Source of the DNA: Lama guanicoe
Taxonomy: Eukaryota
Direction of reading: 5' to 3'
DNA length: 64,000 nt
Assembly (NCBI GenBank): GCA_013239625.1
Contig: MU053652.1
Coordinates: 8,467,499 to 8,531,498, forward strand
Under the pieces are notes generated by a model. That model was not told where the DNA came from, searched no databases, and saw only the letters and a program-made list of their open reading frames with translations. The stretch's first letter is position 1, and each line of letters opens with the position of its first letter. Positions 54,491 to 64,000 of the stretch are shown piece after piece. A program made the translations under genes and the position numbers.

Positions 54491-57129
54491 TTCCAATTGG
54501 GTCTAGGAGCTCTCTGATAAGCTCCTCAAACCTTGATGTTTCTCCAAACCTATGTGTCCTCTAGGAGTTCATACTTCATCTATTATCAGTCAAGTTACCC
54601 TATCCTGGGAATTATACTCTATCTTTGACCCTCTATATTAGCTCCTCATACGTATTCTATTAATTCCTTGTCCACCTCTTAATCTTTCCTCCTCCCTTTC
54701 TCCCCTGTCTTAAATTCAAGCCCTCATTATTTCTCTCCCAGATTTCCTTAGTAATCTCATTGGTACCTCGCCTCTGGTTTCACTGCCATTGCATTGCTCC
54801 AGATTGAGTCTCCAAATGTAAATAATTTCATACCTTTGCAAACGTGGTTCCTCCTGTCTACAGTGCCGTCACCCCAACAGGTATGAATCATTCTTCAAGA
54901 CATGTAAAGCCTTCTGGAAGACTTCCCTTACTCTGTCTTGAATATAGTATTTTTTTCCCCTCTGTATTACCATTACTTCCTGGCTTATTAGAATGATCAT
55001 CAGATTGCAATAGGAATATTTATTTTCTGTTTTTTTTTTAATAGTTGTTTTTCTCAGCTGTTGTTCTTTAACTTGTGAACTTCTTCAGGTCAGAGACTGT
55101 ATCTTGTTCTTCTAAATATACCCAGCATAGTTTTAACAATGTTAGTTTCTTAACCAGTGTATGTGTAATTAATAAACTCCTTACATATTCTCTTTGTTGT
55201 TGTGAATATTTCTTTAATTTATGCCCCTGAAACCATTTTCATCTTCATAGAGAAAACACTGTATATGTTAGTCTACAAATTATTAGACGTTTTCCAGTGG
55301 GATTTCCAAGGCTTGGAGAATCTTTAATTTGATAATGCTTTTTTTTTAAATAGGAAGAGACTAATAAGTTATCACATCAAGTAGTTTTAACTAATTAATA
55401 AAGGAAACTGAAAAACATACCTTTCTTGGCCAGGAAAGAATGGGCAATAAAGCTGCTATATATAAATTGTACTTTTATGTGTCTAGGAATTAAATTCTTA
55501 TTTTAGTTATCAGTTTAATAAACATCATACATTTAATACATTGATTTATAATCAGACAAATTGTAATAGAAAAAAAGCCACTATTTGGAACTAGAAAAGA
55601 TTCAATATGTTGAGTCCTTGTTCTGTTAGCTGTTGGTTCTGTAGGAAAAGTATTTTCTAAGTCTTAGATTCCTTATCTGTACAATGGAATTAAAAATAAA
55701 TGGGACAATGTATTTAAAGGGCTTAGGCAGTACCAGGTACAAAGCATGTAAATGGTAATCATCATCATCACCACCACCACCACCTGCCTCAAAATGTTAC
55801 TCTGGTGACGTTATTAGATAAGCACATTTATAAAACTTCGCAAAATGTAAAGAGTCATGTATATGGCGTTAGATACTATGACTTAAATGAATAAGCTTGC
55901 CATTTATTGTTTACCTTGTTAAAAATGAAACACAGTCTTTAAATATATCAGTTTTTGAGATTTGTATTCCTTGGCAATTGGAGACCAGCCAGCAGTCACA
56001 CCCTCAGTGTGTGGCACTGTGGGCACCGGGAAGGATGGATAAATAGGCAAGGCTCCCCAGGAGTAAACGCCTCCTTGCCGCTCTACCCCACCTAGGGAGG
56101 ATACGAGTCAATGCAGAAGGAAAGCCTGTCGCATGTGGACTAACAGTGCAAGTGGCTTGCAACAGCTATAGCGCTCTCTGGTCATGCGAAGCTCAGAGAG
56201 GGTAGTGTCATCCGCCCGGTGATAACTGCACTGAGCTTCGTCAGCTGCCTGCCAGCTTGGCCACAGCACACTGCACCTTGTGTTGAAAGTACTGTTTCCC
56301 CGATTCCCACTCCCTGTCTGGATTAAGAACACCGGAAAAACCACAAAAAGAAACTCCTAGGTGGTTCTGGCATTGGGACTGAGAAATCTGCGCAGATAAG
56401 ACAGGCTTCGGGTGCAGCTTTGAGAGCCCACTTGAGGCCAGAATCAACAGTGACCAAGTGCTGTGGGCCCTAGTGCGCTGCGAGCTCGTCCGAACGCTAA
56501 CAGTGCTGGACACCTGGTGTGCCCTCAAATATTTGCCGAATAAATGTCTACACTACACAACCTGCTTTGAGTCAACCACATCCCAACCCAGAAAATAATC
56601 AAGCTACGTGTGAGCTAAATCAGTGTCATTTCGCAAATATAAAATCTATCTTGCTCATACGTCTACAGAAATAAAGGCAGTTTAAAAGGAAAGCCTTGTG
56701 TGTTTTGTTTTGTTTTGTTTCGCTTTGCTTTTCAAGAACGTTCCTCTGACTTTTACAATCTGGACTTCAGCATGAGCGTCAGACAGCAGCAGAGCAGAGC
56801 TAGAGACTTTGCAAAGTCTTTTCCCAAAGTTATTTGAAGGTGAAGGGCTCTGGCTCCAATTTTCCGCGCTGGGGTTCAACCCTGGGTATCAAATTCGAGT
56901 CTGAGACACTGGTTCCGGCCGCTCCCCTCACCTGGGGAGGCGAAAGGTGGGGAGCAGTTCTCCGGCTCCCTGTCCGCCTTGCCCTCAGGAAGCTTCAGGG
57001 AGAAAACGGAAAGGGTGGTGTGGGTCACGGTAGTCGGAGCACCCGGGGAGGGGGGGCGCACACAGAATCTCTACGCTCAGGGGCCCTCAGCCTTTGCAAA
57101 TTGCGCGCGGGGCACCCGGGCAGCGAGCC

Positions 57130-57415
57130 CAGCGGCGGCGGCGGCGCGCGCACGCGCACTCCGCGGCCCCGCGCCCGCTCCTCAACATTCCATTCCACGT
57201 GTTGCTTGTTGTAGGCGCCACAGGTTCCCCACCTGCGCCCGGGCGCTCGGGCAGCTCCGCCTCGGCGCGCGGACGTTGGAGGACCACAGAGGCGATGGGG
57301 CCCGGGCCGGCCGAGCAGTTCCCGAGGCGCTTGGGCTCGCCCCCAGCGCTAACTCCGCCTATTTAATCCCGGCGGCTCCCCCTCTCTCCATCCTCCCCGC
57401 GGCTCCCGCCCGCCC
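57130..57415 (+). promoter_or_regulatory. Candidate CADPS2 core/proximal promoter motifs
   Basis: NRF1-like GCGCACGCGCA 57148-57158; overlapping CATTCC x2 57186-57196; E-box CACGTG 57196-57201; TATA-like TATTTAA 57360-57366; GC box CCCGCCC near 57405. Motif matches only. Confidence 0.5.
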
Positions 57416-57601
57416 CTTTCGCCCTGGTGGTAGGAAACACTCCTGGGTCTAACTCGACGTGTCCGGAAAGCCTCGGCCAGTTTCCCTTTCGCTCTGCGGC
57501 CGCTGCTGCCAGCCGCGCGGCTTCCTCAGACCCGCGGGCGCAGCCGCCGGGGGTGAGGCGCCCGGGGGCCGCGGGCCGAGCGGCGGGGCGCCCCGAGCAC
57601 C

Positions 57602-57742
57602 ATGCTGGACCCGTCTTCCAGCGAAGAGGAGTCGGACGAGGGGCTGGAAGAGGAGAGCCGCGATGTGCTGGTGGCGGCCGGCGGCTCTCAGCGAGCGCCG
57701 CCGGCTCCGGCTCGGGAAGGGCGGCGGGACGCGGCGGGACGC

Positions 57743-57774
<32 letters not shown>

Positions 57775-57949
57775 ACCGGTGAGCCCGAGCCCCTCGGTGC
57801 TCAGCGAGGGGCGAGACGAACCCGAACGGCAGCTGGACGAGGAGCAGGAGCGGAGCATCCGCTTGCAGCTGTACGTCTTCGTGGTGAGATGCATCGCATA
57901 CCCCTTCAACGCCAAGCAGCCCACCGACATGGCCCGGAGGCAGCAGAAG
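57602..57949 (+). CDS. CADPS2: CADPS2 (calcium-dependent secretion activator 2, CAPS2) coding exon 1; 116 codons, phase-0 donor
   Basis: Translation [24 protein letters not shown]...[29 protein letters not shown] matches the CAPS-family N-terminus, specifically CADPS2 as recalled. Kozak-like gagcaccATG; canonical donor AAG|GTGAGT at 57949/57950. Confidence 0.96.
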
Positions 57950-60900
57950 GTGAGTTGCCTGCAGGACCGGGCGCCTCCTGCCCCCACTTCTTCCCTGGGC
58001 TTTTCTCCCGGGGGAGCTGTGGGGCGTCAGCCCGCTGTCGTTCTGCAGGACCCTGTATTTTTGTTAGTCTTGGAGGGCAAGGGAATCTTAGCGGGGGAGG
58101 CCGGCGCCTTAGCCCGCTGGGTGTCGGGTTGCAGCGGACGCGTCTTTCCCGCGGTTGGCAGAAGCTGTCAGCTTGGCGTCCGTGGGACCGAGACCGACCC
58201 CACAGCCCAGGCAGTGCGACGGTGGCACCCGGCGGGCTCGGCCCGGGCCAGGTTGGAGCGCTGCTCTCATCAGCTTTAATTTCGAAAGGCGCTGGTGCAT
58301 TCCTGTCCACTTAGCCCTGCCGGGGCTGGGCTTTGCCGTGGGTCTGTGTGAGTGTGGAATCTGGACACTTCCGTCAGCTGGAGAGAAGTCTTCTCCAGGG
58401 CGAAGGGGCAGGAGTGTTCCTCGGTGAATAAAAAACAAAGCTAACCTGACAAGTATCCTGTGCTGCTACGGAACTGGGACATCAAATCTTAAGAAGGGAG
58501 GTGTGCAGCTTCGGAGAGTTGCTGTGGGTTAGTAGTCCCTGGTTTGGTCAGGCCTAATGAAAACACACTGTTAATAAAGGACTGGTGCATAACCACTTCA
58601 TGACGAATGCTTTTCTTTTTTTTTTTCTTCCCCAGAGAGGTAAGGAGTTTGTTTCAGGTGAAATGTCTGTCAACTTTAGTTCTAAATCAGGACTGTAATG
58701 GTCTAATATTCCGTAGCACACAAAACTAGTGACTCAGATTGCCCTAACTGGGTAAATGTTTTCAATAGAAAGTGGGAACTCTTTCTAGTAAGACTGCTGA
58801 ACCTAGAAGGTTCAGTGGAAATCTGCAACAGGCCCCTTAATTTGGGACAAGACGCGGAGACCCAGAGAAATTGTAATTTGCCTAAGGCATGTCTAGTTGC
58901 ACAGATGTCTGGTGTTTGTCTGAAGCATTAATTCCAGCCTGTGATGCATTTCTTAGAAATCTGGAGAGCTTCTGAATTCACTTTTGAAAAACTTTCAGAG
59001 TGAATGCAGTCTTCCCCACTACCCTCCCACCCGCATTTCCCCAACCTCTTGAAACAGGCCTCAACTAATCAGCTGTTTGGAATCACTCACTCCCTGGGAG
59101 TGCTGATAAGATGATTCTCTACAGCTGGCAGCTAATTCCACAGATCCTTCAAGTACCTAACCCTCTAGGTAACTCAGTCACAGAATGCCAGAACTGGAAA
59201 AGCCGCTGGGATCTAGGCAGACCCCTCAGTTTTGAAGGAGAGTATTTCCGAGTAACATTTTCTAGTCCCTAATCCACTGGCATGATTGAAGCAACCATTC
59301 CTGTGTTCAGTTTTGAGTGCCCTGTGGAGTTTTTGTGCACCTTCCCTTCCCCTCCTAGGTGAGTACCTTATTGTCTCATCCTTTGCTTGCATTGGGTTGC
59401 ACTGCAGTCACCAAGTTCTTATCTTTGTAGGTCGAGAGTTTCAACGTCACTAGTCACTCTTAAATTAAGAACTTTTTGATGTATGTTTTATGTTGTCATG
59501 TAAAGTTTTATGTATATAATCCAGTCTCCAGTTTGTTATTCATATTGCATTTAAGCTTATTTTCAGTGCGTTAAAGTATAAAAATAAGGTATGTTGAAAC
59601 TAAGAGGCTATTCCTGCCTGGAACATTGTTTTGAAGATACTTTTGCAAAAACTTACTGGTAGCTGACTTACATTGTGCATTTTGGTAATGAAACACTCCC
59701 CTTGCTTGTTCAAATAGTGCAGGTCTCTTTGACTCCTGTTTAAATAGAATGTTTCTCCAGAAATTATATGAATTGGCAACAGGTGCAGTCACAATACCAC
59801 TGAGGAGACCATTGTTAAAACCTTATCCAAGCATTACAAAGAAAATTGCAACTACAAAAAAGCAAAACACTGCATATGTTGTGTGCAGAAATACTTGGAA
59901 AATGATAGGAGATCTCTATTTTCTAAGTATTGAGAGCCCTGAAGGTGAAGTTTCATGAGTTGTTTTTTTTTAAAGGAGGAGACCTGCAAACAACCAAAGT
60001 ATTTCTCTTATTCGAACTTACTCAAATGGCCCCATACTTTTTTTAAAAAGCATGTTGCTCGTTAAAGGGAGTTGGAGCAATTCTTGGTAGTCAGGTTTCC
60101 TCCTAGGACAAAATGAAACGGGAATTTAACAATGTTCTTGTGAATTTGATGCACAAGCCAATAATTAATGCCAAAAACTTTGTCTTGAATTATACAGTTG
60201 GGTTATATAAAAGAAGTAACAGGATAATTGGAAAATCACTAATCCATTGTATATTTTTATTCAGTATCTTAAAGTAGTCAGAGATTTAGTAAAAGGATTT
60301 AATAGCTTAAATTGTTGTCATTGAAATGCATATTGCTGCTTACTCACTTCTCGCAACTTTGAGAATTTAGAAACTCAGAAATTGAGATCTGAAAGTGTCT
60401 TCATCGTATAAATGAAGAAAATTTATTCACAGGAAGATAACAAGCCTTATCCTGGCAATCAAAGCCCTTACTGTTAGGGTTGGTGAGTTTCTGTGAACCT
60501 GAGCTAAGGTGCAGTATTTATTTCTTCTTTTTTTTCCCACTTGACTAAAATGGCCCACAGAGCTAATAAGAGGTTGTATCCATAAGTTGAGAAAGCTTAA
60601 CAGCATTAAACTCAGTTGACTAAAACATGCCTGTCCTTACTTCTAGCTGGGAAATTTCAGCTCAGAATAGCGGTGGTTAGTTTATGCCCGGCTGGTAACT
60701 TATGGCTCTATAGAAATTTCTAGGTGTGAACGTAGACCAACGACTGACAAAACCTTGTACCAGGTGGTCACACCACCTAAATGGTTCACACATGGTACAA
60801 ATGTGAAATAACATTCGGTGTCAAATGACTTCAGTTGTGAATAAGGCTTGAACCTCTGATACTTATTTAGCTTGATTACCTTTGCACCCTCAGTTAGCAA

Positions 60901-63900
60901 CAGTGATAAACCTTGGATGATTCTAGATCATTCATTAAAGGTGGGAACAGCATTGAAGCCAGAAAACAATGACACAGATACAGCTAATCAGTTACTACTT
61001 AATAAAGGCAGTTTGTCTTTCGAACCTTTGGAAAACATTGAGACCCTAAAGGGAAAATCAGAGGACCATGTTGATTAGAAGGTAGGGAGAATCTGACAAC
61101 ATAATGACCACCACAAGAGGTTAAGTGTGTGTTCCATAGAGTGGGTTTACAGATTGCGGGTCTCAATTTATAACTATTTCAGGTGTGTATGACTTAAAGC
61201 ACTAACAGTTTTGGTTAGCCAGTCTGTAGGTTTCTAGTCAGTAGTTGCATTGTTCATTATTTTATCATTAAACTTAGTTGCCTTCATCTGACTTTGACTA
61301 ACTTGAACTAGAAATGAGGGGATTAAAATGGTACCTAATAACATTCCACGTGATTTATATACCCATGTTCTTCGTATTTTTATGTGCATTGCCACTGTAA
61401 TCACACGAAACTGCCTTATTAAACTTCCTTATATAATTACTCCCACCACTTTGCATAATTTTCCACACTACGTTTGAGAAATATGTACAAATCACACTGA
61501 AATTGCAGATGGTGGGGAGGTAACCTCCTTTGGTAAAACTGATCAGGAAGAGAGCATGGTGGGGAAATACTATTGGGTGAAATAACACACAGTGAGTTCT
61601 TGCCTACAGTTCCTTCTGTCTGAAGGTTATCCTACAATAAAGTGGTCACTTTCGTCCCTCTTTGGAAGTGGGAGTACTTTCTGTGGTTTAAAAAAAAAAA
61701 ACAACCCAAAAAACAAAACGAAAACTTTCTTACTGCTTAGGTGATCCCGGAGCTTAGGAAGAGAGCCAATTTTATGAAAAAATGGGCTAGATTTACAAAG
61801 GCCGAGAATCACTTATGCCAGGGGTCATTGTGCCTTAGTGCTGTGCTGTGCCATCTTTGAAGCCTAAGATACAACTGTGGCCTGATGTATCCCCAGCATG
61901 GTGCATGGGGTGTAAGAAGATAGTGCTTGTCGGATACACAGAAGCGTCAGATTTAGTCCACGTCTGAAAGAATTAGTGAGGTATAGGTTGGAGGAAAGAA
62001 TGTAAAGGTGAAAAGTTGACTCTTCCGTGGAAACAGTGTTCCTAAACATGTTTTGAGACCTGCAGGACTCCTCCTACCCTTTCTGAAGAGAGCCATAAAA
62101 AAGCCATAATACTGGTTGGTGTAGAACTAATGACTTCAGAGAGACGCTGTGCCAGTGCCACTCCCAAATCCCAGACACAAGCAGTGCAGAAGCCCCGTGG
62201 TATGCCTTTCTACCTCGCAGGTTTCCTGCAGATCTGGTGATAGTCTAAAAAGCCCGTCCTCTTAGGGAATCAGGACAATTCATGCTTTATGCCCCTCGAA
62301 CTCTGGTACTTTACGTTGCAAACACAGAAGGGGTGGGTTATGTCGTTTGCTGCTTTTAATAAGAGGGAGTACATTGGCCTGTGGGAAGTGAGTTGGAAAC
62401 CACACATTAAAGTGAAACCTCAGACTGAACTTAAAACAATATCTCAGAAAAATGCTGCTTGTTTCAACTGATTCATCCATCCCTCCACAGGGTATCTGGA
62501 GAGCACAGCACTTAATTTGGTGGAATGAACTGTGCAAATGAAAACTCAAATGGATTAAGTGATAGTGGAGTTTGCTTCTTTCAAAAAATGAAATCTGCTG
62601 TAACTTTGATATACATCGACTGCTTCTAACATGAAATAAAATACTGTAATTGTGTGCTCCCTCTTCAGTTTTTTAAATGGAAACAGTTCCCTTCATTTGT
62701 ACCCTCACAAGATAAATAGCCTTGTTTGTAAGGTCATGAAAGACCTTCAAAACAAAATTAAGAAAGCCATTGCCAGGCTACTAGGTATGGGAATTCTGAA
62801 TGGAAAATCCTGCCAGTTATCGCTGGTTAGTGAGGTGGGCCTCTTGAGTTATTGGCTGTTTTATATGCATTTCAGATGAGACCTTTCTTGTGGAAAAGAG
62901 GGTGGGTTTCATAATCATGTGTTTTAAGTTTTTAGGCTAGAAAAAAATTCTAATGATTGTAAATAGGAGAATGTCATTACAACAAATGACATCATCCCAA
63001 AGCTTTAAGGCTATTCAAAAATCAAATCATGGAACTGTCCCAAATCTGTAACATTTTATTTTAGGGTCATTGTTTAAGTTACCTAAGGATTTTGATAGGA
63101 TTTATTTTCTTTAAAAACAAAACAGTGATTTTTATCCTTAACTGCACATTAGAGTCACCTGGAGAGCTTTTAAAACTCCCATTATCTAGGTTGTACCCCA
63201 GACTAATTAAATCAATCTCTGGGGTTATGGTCGTAAAGCTTCCCAGGTGATTCCAGTGTACAATAAGGCTTGAGAATCCCTGTTTTAAAGAAACTGCAGG
63301 GAAACGGTTTATGGCTTATTTTCACCTAGGCAAGGTGAAAGAATTTGCAACAGTGAGCGAGATTACTGAGTAATTAAACCCATATTAACATATTAAGGAA
63401 AAGGTAATAGGGATGCTCTAAGCAAGAGACAAACACATCGAAATATTTTAGACTTTGTTGAATCAGTACTGTTGGATTGTGCATTTAGACTTTTAAAAGA
63501 TCTTTAATTTGGTGATATGCTGGAGGCGATTGAATTACGTTAGCAAATTGTGTAATTTATTCATTACAAAACCACTGATCACCACGTTACCAACAGAAAA
63601 TATAGGAGGATAAGCCTGAGTGTTTTCCATTACAAAATGAACTGGGAAGGAGAATATAGTGAAACCTCAAAGTTGTAGGTGACCCTGAGTAATGCCTAAC
63701 TGAAGAATGAATTTCACAACAGTCTTGTAAGATCATTAGTGGCTGGACTGTTTCCTCAGTGTGTGCAGTGGGAATGCATTTGGGTTTTTCAAAATGTAAA
63801 CCTAGAAGGTATTCTCAAGTAATTGTTTTAAGTGAAGTAATTAAAACGAAGCAAGAACTTAGGAGCGTCTTGATATTTTTCTGCCTTTTCCAAAATTCTA

Positions 63901-64000
63901 ACGTTAGGTAGACAATAAGGAAAGCCTCTGTTTTCCTCAAACTGTATTAATAGATTAAGTCCTCGGTTTGCACCTAAGAACTTTCTGCCTTGTAGTGCAT
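57950..64000 (+). other. CADPS2: CADPS2 intron 1 (5' part; continues beyond the window)
   Basis: Starts with GTGAGT; no recognisable downstream CADPS2 coding exon in the remaining sequence. Confidence 0.88.
63123..63282. mobile_element. MER5A-like MITE in CADPS2 intron 1
   Basis: cagtg...ctgcacattagagtcacctggagagcttttaaaa...cccaggtgattcc...ttgagaatccctg, with degenerate TIRs. Confidence 0.8.

Larger units (their letters stand above)
56860..58340. promoter_or_regulatory. CpG island covering the CADPS2 promoter, 5' UTR, exon 1 and start of intron 1
   Basis: Abrupt shift to very GC- and CpG-rich sequence against a CpG-depleted AT-rich background; boundaries approximate. Confidence 0.92.

Noticed and set aside
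1..56800. TAS2R16, the upstream neighbour of CADPS2 in human, or any other intronless gene
   Set aside because: No ~290-aa hydrophobic 7TM ORF or recognisable remnant; it probably lies outside the window.
57427..58314. 295-aa + strand ORF overlapping CADPS2 exon 1 in another frame, plus other ORFs in the CpG island
   Set aside because: Non-ATG (GTG) start, low-complexity Arg/Gly/Ala/Pro content and crosses the splice donor; expected from stop-codon scarcity in GC-rich DNA.

Overview
Mammalian genomic DNA, very likely camelid, based on a vic-1-type tRNA-derived SINE at about 46.7 kb. The window holds about 57 kb of AT-rich, repeat-dense intergenic sequence upstream of CADPS2, then the CADPS2 CpG-island promoter, coding exon 1 (57602-57949, + strand) and the first ~6 kb of intron 1. 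No other protein-coding gene, RNA gene or CRISPR array is supported; the other ORFs lie in repeats, microsatellites or GC-rich DNA. The most notable structure is a cluster of three same-family ERV1 elements within ~6 kb (33.5-39.5 kb). Two are solo LTRs in opposite orientation. The third looks like an ERV mRNA retrocopied by L1: env tail, PPT and U3-R, cut at the poly(A) site, with an A-rich tail and a long TSD. Other items are an old duplicated L1 junction, a pure (GGC)7 Gly tract in CADPS2, a possible intronic-polyadenylation isoform and nested insertions. I see no evidence of a wholly new biological system. Repeat family names and boundaries come from recognition by eye and need Dfam/RepeatMasker confirmation.
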